A stretch of DNA of 20,000 nucleotides from Catajapyx aquilonaris (GCA_000934665.2 KZ538214.1:109843-129842); one strand, 5' to 3'. Counted from the stretch's first letter, positions 1-11,107 are shown. The notes: generated by a model from the sequence alone, not told the origin. A program made the numbers and translations.

Positions 1-71
1 TACCAACTCTCAATGTAGTGAAACATGCCTTAAATTCGCTTGCTGCCAGTAGGGCGCACTGTTGTCCAAAG

Positions 72-413
72 CAGGGAGCATATACTACATAAGAGGCGCA
101 AACATTCGATTTCCGCGTCTCTCTGTTTGGGGCGTTGCCAAGGCTGGCGGCCATTTTGAAGTGTGGGCAACGCCAACGAGTATAAATAGGGTACAGGCAA
201 AAATAGGGTCCGCCATCTTTGATTCGCGCGTGTTCTTGCCGTGTGGCCGCCAAACCCATCAAAGATGGCGGACCCTATTTATACCTCGTTGGCGTTCCCC
301 ACACTTCAAAATGGCATCCAGCCTTGGCAACGGCCCCAAACAGAGAGACGTGAACATCAAAGGCGCTGGCAGAAGTTTGCGCCTCTTATGTAGAATGTAG
401 TATATGCTCCCTG
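72..413. mobile_element. Fold-back MITE (non-autonomous DNA transposon), 342 bp, 7-bp TSD
   Basis: Termini CAGGGAGCATATACTACAT / ATGTAGTATATGCTCCCTG. The imperfect inverted arms run almost to the centre, and TCCAAAG is duplicated at 65-71 and 414-420. Confidence 0.92.
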
Positions 414-1920
414 TCCAAAGAATCTGTTGGCACAATCTCACCCCACCTGGTACAATCTCACCCCAATTGACGCTACCGTGCATTGAAAATGGACCAATTT
501 ACTCATTTTCAAAATGTCCATTAAATGTACACAGGATGTAAGTTGAGACAGGTTGAGCGGCATTAATAGCTGGTGGAGTAATAACCGGAAACTGATGACA
601 ATCTGTCGTGTCACGAGTTTTTCTTCGTTTTCATCTGGCTGTCCCTTTTCCTCTGTCCCCAAAAGCTTCGAAATTGACGCGTCAGGGGGCGTCGGAAACT
701 TCCATCTTGGGAGGGATTTATTGACAGAATCTGCTAGAAGAACATGACAGGTAAACAATAAAAGGGAAAATGGGAAGGAACAGAGTAAAACGAGTTAGTT
801 CTCTTTTCAGCAGCTCATGCGGCTTAGACTCATATCAAGCTCGAACCGCCCCCCCCCCNCCCCCCCCCCCCCCCCCCAAAAAAAATAACTATGCACTTTC
901 CTCCGAATTTTAGTGACTCCAGAAAAAGAAAAGGGATCTGCAAGTTTCGGTGCAAACAAACTGAAACTTTTTCTCTCTCTCTCTCTCTTTCTTCAAGATA
1001 TTGAAAATTCTTCTTGAGTCCGGAGAAAAATGAACAGGATCGAAGCTTGAATATTCGGGTGAAAATATATATAAAAAAAAGCTTGGAAGAAGGAAAACTG
1101 GATTCAACGCACGCACATTGCGTCCCTTTTGTTCCCAACCCCTTTTCTAAACTTCCCCCACGATTGAGAAGAAGGGGGGGGGGGGTGTAAATTGATCCCT
1201 ATTCATCAATAAAGATTGAAGGAGTAAAATAGTGACGCAGTCTCATTTCAGAGCCCTATATACAAGGGAGTGCAATAACATTTTCCTCCCCCACAGCAAA
1301 CCAGCAGCACGCAGAAAGTTAGCTTTGCAAAGGGAAGAAGAAGGCTTAGGGCGAAATTTCCCTCGAGGTCACTAACTCTTCTCCTCGCTTGCGGAAATAA
1401 TCTAAATCTAAATCAGAAAGCAGGCACCCCCTTCTTATAAAAGGCTGGCAAAGAAGAAAAAAAAAAACCAAAAAAGTCGAGGACTCCATTCTTTCGCCGC
1501 GGATTTCTTCTTCCCCCCCCCCCNNNNNNNNNNAAAAAAAAGGAAAACGATAGATTGAGCCAATGAGAAAGGTGACACTGGGTCACTGGGGATTGATAAG
1601 AGGGAAAAGGGAGATAGACTCAGAGTTGTACTCTTGGTTCCAGTCACGTGGGAACTGGAAATGTCCTCCGGAAGGATAAGCACGCCGTTATGGGAGATGA
1701 AGCTGGGAAATCTGGAGGGCCTGGAAGGAAATTTCGGGGAATACGTAAATTAGTTGGCGGCGACGAATCTGTCGGCCTGATCGGTGCCTTTCGCGGACAC
1801 ATACTGCGACAAACGGCCCTCTTTATCTCTCTTACATGCGAGGCCCTCTCGGATGATAAGATGTCGCTCCATCTACCAGGAGTTGTGGTTATTTTTTTAA
1901 AAGCACCTATAGAATAGGGA

Positions 1921-1956
1921 TCACGTGCGTTTGTAATAGGGTGTCAATCCGGAAGT
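1921..1956. promoter_or_regulatory. Possible promoter motifs (E-box CACGTG, ETS-type CCGGAAGT)
   Basis: Motifs at 1922-1927 and 1949-1956, lying between two divergent candidate genes. Motif match only. Confidence 0.3.
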
Positions 1957-1970
1957 CCAAAGAAAATTAA

Positions 1971-2030
1971 CAATTTTATTCGTGCCATCCTGAATGAAGC
2001 GCTTCATTCAGGATGGCACGAATAAAATTG
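1971..2030. repeat. Perfect 60-bp palindrome with no spacer
   Basis: CAATTTTATTCGTGCCATCCTGAATGAAGC|GCTTCATTCAGGATGGCACGAATAAAATTG. Confidence 0.97.
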
Positions 2031-2764
2031 AAGCTGCCTCACAAACAGTTTGCACTATATAAAATCGAGTGTAGAAGAAATTCTTGCGAAGATTGCGTTG
2101 TACTGATGCAGAATTATTTATCAAGTTATTCTTACCCCATCCGCACTAGTACGACGGAAGTGTGTACTTGGGATCATAAATATTGTTATATTGCAGGTGA
2201 GCACGGAGGTGAAATATGGTTTGAACGAATGCAATTAAACAAAGTGACTGGTTTGCATGGCTCACCACTAAAGGAGTGCGCATGTTTGTATGATGGCAAC
2301 ATACATAACGGCTGTGTCACATCCATAACGCAGGAAGATTTGCTGATTATCTGGCTTTGTTATAGAGCACACAAACGTCTATTTTACTGCTGACACACCA
2401 TCACCATTTGAAATCCCCAAGTTGTCATTGCAATGCACACAATCCAATCCACAAACGCGAAAATCCGAAGTGACGACAACTTATTGGCATGAGCCTATCA
2501 TTCCTGAGAGCTCAATATTTGCATGAAATTGAGTTTCGAGCGGAGCCCTTGAAAATAATGCGATTCGGTCCACCGCACCTGATCTTGTTACACGTATATT
2601 TCGCCAAAAGTGCAGGTATCAAAGGTTTTATCCGAGACGAAGTCGAATCCGTACTGCGCAAATTATCGGATGTGATTCCACCGTGTCGTAGTCTCTGAAT
2701 TTCTATATCCCTATTCATGTCTGGTGCTGCTGGATGCTCAACAAATGCAAAACCTTTGTTATAG

Positions 2765-3895
2765 TATTACGCTTTTGAACGGCTTGAAAATGACAAAAAG
2801 AAAAGGCAAGATTTCCTGGAAATGCAGCGTCGGCAATGCGTGTCAAAGCTTCTGCACAAAATTCTGCACTTTGAGAAGTTCTGCTTTCGGAAAAGTGTGT
2901 GGGCGGATAAGACAAAGGAGACTATAAGTATCTTTAGACTCTTCCTGAGCGGCATTAAGACGACCTGTAAGTGCTACATGTAAAGGAATGAACAGGCTAA
3001 AATTAAATACGTCGCAATATTAACTACGCAGCACGCTTTTCTATATTCATATGGATTGATACAAGCAATGAAAGGATGCGTGACAAATGTAAAAATGCGG
3101 CAACGCATTAATGAAAATTTCTAGAAAGTTTTAGTAGGGGCCATTCTTTCAGCCGAATTTAATGGCTCAATAAAGTGGGGGGCACCGGAAGGATACAAGA
3201 AGGCAGGAAATAGGCAAGCGATGGTGAAATTCAATAAGTGTCGAGCATTTCCAACTGGTGCAGGCCTCGGCTTGTGGAAGGGAAAAGAGGAAAGGATGCT
3301 GTGCTTTTCCTTTTCTACCAAAAAGGCTTCTACACGACATGGGAACTGGCTGCTTGGATAGGACAAGACCAGGCGACTAATGTGAAAGGTGACAAGCAAA
3401 ACGGCTGGGCCTTCTGGTTTGTTTCAAAAAAAAAAAATTAGGTGCAAGGGGAAGTCTTCAGGCCACGTATAAAAAAACTTTAAGTTAATAAAGTGTCACT
3501 TTTGGACAGCCTATTAGAAAAATAACCTGGACAGAAACATGTGCATAAGTTTTGTCTCTCGCTTCTAGGTTCCCCGGAAGTAATATTTTTTCGCCTTGAA
3601 AGTGATCGTTTCTCATGAGGTTGCATGTCGGAACGACAATTAAATAGGTGCTCGTATTCCCACACACGACGTGCGGTATATCTCGCGCGACGGTGTTATG
3701 AAAATTACTTTCTTTTTTTTTGCCGCTTTCCTTTTCCGGATCGCTTGCACTGTAAACATTAGATTCAGGGGACCTGACATTGCCCATTTCCGCCCATCGC
3801 GTGACATTGCTTCGGGAAGTGTCGCGCGCCCATCTCAAAACATCGCCATTATAACGCATTACTTACCGCGTCTCACGGGAAGCTTAGCAAATTAA
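2765..3895 (+). CDS. Candidate multi-exon gene of unknown product (exons 2765-2966, 3153-3213, 3264-3416, 3769-?); 5' and 3' ends unresolved
   Basis: TTATAG|67 open codons (YYAFERLENDKKKRQDFLEMQRRQC...IKTT)|GTAAGT joins in phase to TTCTTTCAG|SEFNGSIKWGAPEG. A 50-nt GC-AG intron then joins RPRLVEGK...GWAFW, which joins in phase to ATTCAG|GPDIAHF. No family recognised. Confidence 0.5.
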
Positions 3896-4684
3896 GAGCG
3901 TCTTAATTGCGGGAAATGGGGGCCGCAACAAGTTTTGCATTGACAGGCTCTCTTTGTGATATTCTCAAGTAGCGATTTTCGTAATGGAAAAGTGTGTGAG
4001 AGAGTCGACAGATATACACAATTCCGTCGGACAGGTGGACAGTTCGCACGGAAGCCGGAGCGTCATCTGCGTCCCTGTTGAATTTGTCATGGTTCCGGGG
4101 GCTGTATGTAGGCCTGCTGGATGCGAGTACACAAAGGGGATTTGCCATTATCATTAGCAAGGAAGTAGAGGGGGCCGAGGCGTGCTAATGGCCAATGGTG
4201 GTTCTCTCTCTCTCTCTCTCGCTCCCTTTGCTGCAGCCATGGATGATCGAAATTCGCCATTATCTTTTGCAGAAATAAGAGGATGGATCGCGGCCAAGGG
4301 AGTTCCTCGCTCCATCCAATCAAACCACACTTGTTCTCAAAAGAGACGGCGAAAGCCCCGTTGTTTTAATTCCCTGGCAGACACGTCAGGAAAACCGCTG
4401 GCAATTTGAACACTTGAGGACCTCCTTCTTGATGGTGGTTCTCTTGAAGGTTCTACTTGTGCTGCTTAGGTCGTGATCTTGGGAGAAGCAGTGCGAAGGT
4501 CAGGCTTGTCTGGAAGTGAAAATGTCGCTTCGGAGCTCGAGAGGAAATTGTGTCGGTGATTGACCGGATGCTCTAGGGTCAATTGGCTGCGATCGTCATT
4601 TCGACTATTAGGACTGTTAGTGTGTCCAGGTAAAGATGTGCCGAACGATCCGTCGATCCAACCAACTAATGCAGTAATTATTGT

Positions 4685-4690
4685 AATAAA
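4685..4690 (+). terminator. Candidate polyadenylation signal (AATAAA) of the plus-strand gene
   Basis: AATAAA at the end of a UTR-like stretch downstream of the plus-strand exon chain. Confidence 0.4.
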
Positions 4691-4695
4691 AATGT

Positions 4696-4701
4696 TTTAT
4701 T
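4696..4701 (-). terminator. Polyadenylation signal (AATAAA) of the GPCR gene
   Basis: TTTATT on the plus strand, 45 nt downstream of the stop codon in an AT-rich patch. Confidence 0.55.
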
Positions 4702-4746
4702 TTAGTATAAAAGTTGTAATTCACAGTCGTATCTGGCCAACACCCA

Positions 4747-4873
4747 CTAGATGCTAGTGCTGGTTGAAACGCTTCTGTTGAGAGTGATGTCATCATCAGC
4801 ACCACACAGCCTTTTAATCCACCTCCAGACGGACCCCAAGAAAAGTGAGTACGCCTCTCGATAACAGCTAATT
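4747..4873 (-). CDS. GPCR exon 6 (helix 8, C-tail, stop)
   Basis: Acceptor TCTTTCTTTCAG|A. Encodes ISCYREAYSLFLGSVWRWIKRLC...VSTSTSI then TAG. This frame is not in the supplied ORF track. Confidence 0.9.
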
Positions 4874-7137
4874 CTGAAAGAAAGACAGCAATGCAATGAT
4901 ATAGATCAAACGACAGTGAAAGTTGAAAAACTATACCTGAGAGCATATACGAAAAAGTTGAGCGCAAAAGTGAGGGAGGCCAAGAGAACAGCTGGCCAAA
5001 AGGGTGATGGCCAACTTCCGTCCCAGCAGCAGAAGTAAGCGACGGTCAAGGGTCCATCGCACACGAAATGTATCGCACCCAACAAGAAGAAGACGAGTGC
5101 CACTCTATTCTCCCTCATCTTCAGCTGCTTCTTTGTTGTCGAGCTGATTCCTCTGCATGTGCAAGTCGCATAAAGTATATCAGAACACCTGATTTGAAAA
5201 CTAAACTTATTCTTTTAGGCCAACTAAATAGCTGAAGGGTTTACTTTCATACTTGTTTGGCGCAGTTCCTTGTTGGAGAGATAGAGAGACAAAATTGGAG
5301 TGAGAAATTACGTGAATGAGCGTAGGTCCGCCCAGCTTTGGTGTAGTTTAATTCCCATTAAAACGAGGCTGATGAGAGTGACTGCGCCGGGGAGTAACAA
5401 GTAGACACCGACCACCAGGTTGGGCTGCTGGTTTTGGACGTGTAGTGTCATGCACTGCCCTGATTTGTAGCTGTACCCAAATGTGCCCTGAAACTGATGT
5501 GAAGCTTGCGTATAATACATACACATACAGCAGACTGACATGCACTGTTGAAAAGGCGGAAAAGTGGATGGGAAACAAAAATGTCGCCTCATTGCATTTT
5601 GCTACAAAATAAGACATTTTTTTGAATTCTAAAGAGAAGTCAAGTTTATAGTAGTTGTAAGACGAAATTAAGTGAGATTTAATGCGATATCATGAGCAGT
5701 CGGATTCTATTGCAGATAAACAATACATCCCGAAACTAATACTGTACTACATGCCATGAATTACATGAACTTTTACATACTCAGCTACGTTGCCAGCAAT
5801 TTGTTTAACCCTCCTCTTGCAGCCCAATTTTTCTTAACTTTCCTGTAGTGGCGACGAGAAACTGGCATGCTGATCTCTCGAATAAATCACCAGACGCGGT
5901 ATACGTGTACTGCAGAAGGCTCAATGTGACACAGTAATCAATCACTCAGGGGAAGCAATTACTCTGCTTATATGAAACAAAGTGAGCGTTATTGCCATTG
6001 TGCGACGGAAGGGAGCTCAGGAGATACCGCATTACACCTCCCTCGAAAACCCGGGGGTTTGCTGCTGGGGAAGCATCGGGAATATACTATAGGCCTATAA
6101 GTTTGATTTACCCGTACCCCTAGCGCTATAGGCAGATTGAATCCGATGGATACGAGCCAAATGGCAGCTATGGCAGGAATTCCGCGGAGAGACTCGAACA
6201 CGAACCGGTAAGCCGATGGCCACCACAGCGCCATTGCCCTGAATTCAAAGAGACAAACAGGAAGACAGTCAATTTGTTGGGCTTTAATTTATATTACTAT
6301 TATCACAATCCCAACCTGCAGAGAGGGAAATTCCTTACCTGTTCATTGACATGGCAGCGATTGTGTTGGGTGACACCTGGCCTATTATGTGACGCAGGCA
6401 GGCAGACAGGTAGCAGCTAGTAGGTCCGAAGGGCCACCCACGCATCAGGAACGTCATAGCCACCAGAGGCAAAAACACTGCGCAGAATATGAAGTCGACC
6501 AAGCTCAGGTTCAACAGAAGGACAGTGGCGTAGCTACGTAGCGGGCTGAAAAATTCCATATTTTCATATTTCATAATTTTAGTACATGTTGGATGGGTTC
6601 ACACGGACGTGGTTGTCGTTGGGTCGCTGTCGTTGGGACCAACCAATCACAGCAGGCTCGTTCTGAATGGTGGACAGCTTCAGCCTATCAGAACTAGAGA
6701 GCCTCGAGTGAGAGAGTCGCCAACTTCCTATGGAGGCCGCCATCTTGCATTTCTATGGGGGAAAATGCCCGGCTCTGACGTCACGGTCGACTCCGATTGG
6801 CTGGGAGCCAGCCAATCAGAGACGATATGACGTCATGAGTTGGCTACTCCTTAATCCTAACGACAGCCAGTGTGAACCCATCTTTTAAAACCCTCTGGTG
6901 GCTATACCTGTACGAGTCCCGGCATCGTCGTCTGGCGTAAGGAATTGCGACGAGCGTGAGCCCATTTCCGATTGCTCCAACAATGGCAACCAGAATGAAG
7001 TGAATGGCTGCTCCGGTAATCAAAGCAGGTTCCGCTACAGGAAAGCAGCATTCTGGAGGATCAGGTCCCAGGCACAGGTTAGAGGTGTACACTTCGTCCT
7101 CATCGGAACACACACTTAGCAGGCTGGTGTTTGACAT
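4747..7137 (-). CDS. Six-exon rhodopsin-family (class A) GPCR, Tre1/moody-like, about 360 aa (exons 7137-6908, 6545-6339, 6238-6112, 5487-5312, 5152-4937, 4873-4747)
   Basis: All five introns are GT-AG and phase-compatible (2,2,0,2,2), giving 1083 nt from ATG to TAG. Seven hydrophobic segments carry class A signatures: TM1 GAIGNGLTLVAIPY, TM2 LNLSLVDFIFC, ECL1 WPFG..C, TM3 end MSMNRA, TM4 W..P, ECL2 GTFGY....GQC, TM6 FVCDGP, TM7/helix 8 LNFFVYALRISCYREAY. The NR motif, GxFGY and YRxAY resemble Tre1/moody-type receptors (family call from memory). Confidence 0.9.
4937..5152 (-). CDS. GPCR exon 5 (ICL3, TM6-TM7)
   Basis: Acceptor CATGCAG|A and donor TCAG|GTATAG. Encodes GISSTTKKQLKMRENRV...LNFFVYALR. 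Confidence 0.92.
5312..5487 (-). CDS. GPCR exon 4 (ECL2, TM5)
   Basis: Acceptor TTTCAG|GGC and donor TCAC|GTAATT. Encodes GTFGYSYKSGQC...SWADLRSFT. Confidence 0.88.
6112..6238 (-). CDS. GPCR exon 3 (ICL2, TM4)
   Basis: Acceptor GAATTCAG|G and donor CGG|GTAAAT (an alternative in-frame donor ends the exon at 6118). Encodes AMALWWP...NLPIALGVR. Confidence 0.88.
6339..6545 (-). CDS. GPCR exon 2 (TM2-TM3)
   Basis: Acceptor TTTTTCAG|C and donor ACAG|GTAAGG. Encodes PLRSYATVLLLNLSLVDF...MSMNR. Confidence 0.93.
6908..7137 (-). CDS. GPCR exon 1 (N-terminus, TM1)
   Basis: ATG at 7137 (MSNTSLL..., N-glycosylation sequon NTS). Ends ACAG|GTATAG, phase 2. Confidence 0.88.
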
Positions 7138-9723
7138 AGTGTCGCATGATACGTACTGGTATATCACACGTACATGTCGAGTGATCAGGTGGGACTCGAT
7201 TCTGCGAATAGGAACTTACGTCAGTGGATAGAAGCGATGTACGTGCGAGTATGGAGATTGACGTTTATATGCTGATTGGATTATTGTCAGGATATATGAC
7301 AAGTGTTTCCGACGAAATTGAATTATATGGACAGATTACCGGTATGCAAACGTACCCATGCATAACCATAGCACTCATTTCCGGCTGAAGGGGTAGTCAG
7401 TGACAAACCAGACAAGAGTATGCAAATGACGATGTAGAAACATATGGCAGAAAATAACAATACTGCCCTAAACGAGTATTATTATGACGCATTGCTTTGC
7501 CCGCTATATATCGGGGAATTGCAACCTACAGTATTGAATTTCTACAGATTCTCATAATTTTAACACCAGCCTGCAGATTGCCAATGGCCAGTTTAGAAAA
7601 TTGCATTGGAAAAGTCATGCAATATTTTCAGGCATAACGGTATATAATTATATAAAAGTTCATTTTGTGTACTCCTGCTGCCGTATGCAGATTACGTACC
7701 TCACTATCTGAAACAAAATAACGGGTTTGAATGTTTTTTTTTCCATTGCAAAGGAGGGAATGATATTGAAAAAAAAAAAAGTACATGAACGCGTATAAAA
7801 AAATCACATGTCAAAAGCAGTTTGCCAGCAAAACCGCTATAAAATTATGAACGCGAATAAAAAATGTAGAGTGTTACTAGACTTCAGGAACATACTAAAA
7901 AGCGTGCTAAAGTGTTTCAGCAACATGCAATCGACTAACCCCCAAAAAAGCGGTGGTTAGATGCATAAACATTTCTCGTTTTAAAAACTCTTTACCCTTT
8001 GAAATTGGATTCCTCGTATATGCTCTCGTATCCGATAATTTTACAAAACACTCCCATCAGTGTGCATGAATAATGATTCAAACGTCTAGGATATATCGCA
8101 CATTCTGTGCTAAGTAGGTCGCAATTCCTCCAACGCAAGTTACGTCCCAAGTTTTTCACCTATCGGCAAGGTACAGTCTCCCTAGAGGCGTAACTTGTTA
8201 TCAGCCGTCTTAATTAGCAGCCGACCTTGACCTATAAGGTGCGGATGAAGCACTTCTTGTGCTTCACATTGACTCAAGCATCACTTCAAGAGCAAAAGGG
8301 GGAAACTTTTCGACCATTCCACACTGCATTACTTGGGGTGGGGAATGAGGATGATTTGGACTTTTAATAAGAATCGGAGTCGGTTATGGGGCCGTCTTTT
8401 CACAAAGAAGAGGAAATGCTTCCCTCGAAGCCTGCTGGATGGTCACCTGGGGGGTATAGAAGGAAAACGGAGGAGGTGGAGGAAATTCTAAGAGATGGGC
8501 GGGGTTTGCGGAAAGAGGGTTCTGCGGATTCAGGAACATCAGCCTGTTGACAAATTGCTGCAGTCAGATCGATCACAAGTGTTGCTGGGGACGCGATTAA
8601 TATCCACGCAGCCTATATGGATTATTACACTCCTTGCTGGATCGTCGCTCAAAATAAGCAAGGAAAAAAAATGTCTTCATATTATTTTTTTTGGACAAAC
8701 ATTGTCATTAAATTAATATTCAGGGGGTTAAAAGCATGTTGTCTGTGGTGGATGGAGTGGCCGCAGAGATGCGATGAGACAACTTCTTTTTGGCCTCGGA
8801 CTCTACTGGAGTAAACTCCCAGTAACCCATTTCTGTCGGCTTTGCTTTGAAAGCCATGCACGCGGGGGTTCGTCGACTTTGCCTGCATGAGCTACAAGCC
8901 AATTACGGAATTCTCTTTCTGCCGACTTGATTAAATTAATCCTCTGGAGTTGAAATTGTTCTTTCTGGTGAATTAGAATACGGTAATGCCATTTTAACAG
9001 GCTCCGGCAGCACCGGCAGGGGACAAGTGTATAACTTGCCTTACATTACATAGTCATAATCCGGCGGCCCTCTTTGCTTGGGATGTAGGCGGATGATTCC
9101 GGGGGGGGGGGGGGNGGGATCTTTTTCAAACTGCTTTAATGGCGACGTGTGTCAGTGATGAAGGCAAGGTTATATTGAAATGGACGCTTGTTTACATGTT
9201 GGCTTTTCATACTTATTCCGCTTGAAACTGCTGCCTTTGGGTGATTGAAGCTCAATTTTCTCGGCATATTGAGTGCAATTTTAAATTAAATAATTGGCGT
9301 ATTCACGTCACGAAATTATTGCTCAAAAGTAAGTACTGTACTATATAAGAGAGCAAACATTCTGAATTATTTGTAGAAAGTACTGTATAAAATAACAGCC
9401 ATAAGCAAAATATTGTTTGCGCCAAAATTATATGCAAATTAATTACAAGTTCAGAGCGCACTGTCACTTCATTTTGCAGAGCATTGCATTAAAATTCGTT
9501 TTGTACACAACAGCCGGAATTTTAAATTAATTCTTGGCTCCTCTTGTTCGTACCAGTAATACACAGCGTGCTTTTTCCAGGCATGAATAGCATGCATAGG
9601 CTATACTCGCAATTAACGCCGCGAGAGGGATGAATGAAAGGGTATAATGAAGATGTGTTTCGCCTATTGTTATAGAGAAAAATAACGAGAAATGTTCCTG
9701 CTGATGACGTTACCGAATTACTG

Positions 9724-9743
9724 TATATATATATATATATATA
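9724..9743. repeat. (TA)n microsatellite
   Basis: Direct dinucleotide run. Confidence 0.95.
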
Positions 9744-10994
9744 CTATTGGAAGCCGGAAACAGAAAACAACTTCAGAAAAGTGTCACCGTTCCCCTTGGG
9801 ATGTTCCGGGAAATTGTGAGATCGGGAAATGATTGCACCAGTATAGCATCTTCACAACTCTCATTAGCTAGATTAAAGATTTCTTTTTCTCGTATTTTTT
9901 TTTCTTCTTCTTCTTCTTCTTTCGTCCTTCTTCTTTTTCCTCTCTTTCTCTGTCTGCCTGCTGCCGTGTTGAAAGTAGTTGGCCGCTTGTTTCAAACTTT
10001 TCCTGGCCCAGTTCCGTCAAGTCCCAAAGTCAAGAAACAACTGGCGAAAATTACAATTGGTTTTGTAAATAACAGCCTCCTTCTCTCTTTTTTTTGTACT
10101 GTCTGGTTGTGGAGCCCTCTTGATGTAGTATTCGACCCGTGTAACACCGCTCAACCTCTGAAGACTTTCCCAGGGAAAACTTGATGGCACTAATCAAAAG
10201 GCATGAATTAATGCGATTATTTTGCCTGATTAAATGCGGGAGGGACTATTAGTGGCGCCATCAATGGCACCGTTACGAGTGATTCGTCCGGGCGAATTAC
10301 TAGCCAATCGTGCGTCCGAATTCGATTAGAGTAAGCCAAACCGACGTCAGGGGACCAAAGTGCTGATAGTCCTTTTTTGGCTGCCGAATAGCAGGGTGTC
10401 TCATCATGATTCTGGACATTGGTGAAATTATGACACACCCTGTTCGTAGAAAAAAAGGGCGTGGTTGGAAGGCAGGAAGAAAGGTGAGGGCCCCAGACGC
10501 ACAAAAAAATAATGCTGTCTGGAATTCAGGAGTGGAATATTTCTCCAGGCCCGAGGCTTCCGACATGTTCTCCAGTTTAGAGACGACGTTGATGTTGCTT
10601 AAAGGAAAGCGGGCGGGATGGGTAATTTCTTCGTTTCATTTACTCGAGCGCTTGAGGCTGATAGAAACTCTTTGATGGACGGGGGTTTGGGGTGGGGGAA
10701 GAGAAGAGAGTGCTGCTACCTCTTCACCCCCCCTTCAACCCAGCATCTCCTGGAGGGCTAAGATGAGAGGCAAACAATACAGAGGGCATGTTGCTAACCA
10801 CCCCTCTTATTCTCTCCCCATCCCTGTGAACAACACACACTGTCTGACATCAGGCACTGTCCTCATCAGGTGCATTATCCGGATAAGCCTTGCGAATATT
10901 TGCAGTGAATGGACACGAACCTTTGTTACTCGAAATGATATGTAGTCTTGTCACATGCTGCTTCTGGGTAATTACTTATCATTCCACTAAATGC

Positions 10995-11107
10995 ACTCAA
11001 ATGTGCAGTAATTGCGCCAAGGCAAAATTATATGGAAATTCTGTGATTATGTACATATCATAGAATTTACATAATTTTGCCTTGGCGCAATTACTACAAA
11101 TTTGAGT
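10995..11107. repeat. Imperfect 113-bp palindrome
   Basis: The arms share AGTAATTGCGCCAAGGCAAAATTA exactly and are centred on GTAC at 11051-11054. Confidence 0.95.

Noticed and set aside
62..400. 112-aa ORF
   Set aside because: It lies within the palindromic MITE and has no transposase features.
849..1540. Long C/G homopolymers with Ns as G-quadruplex elements
   Set aside because: They coincide with assembly gaps or ambiguous bases, so their lengths are unreliable.
4011..4110. Peptide IPSDRWTVRTEAG...LLNLSW with spacing reminiscent of the radial spoke protein RSPH9 C-terminus
   Set aside because: Short match from memory, weak acceptor, and the upstream exons show no such similarity.
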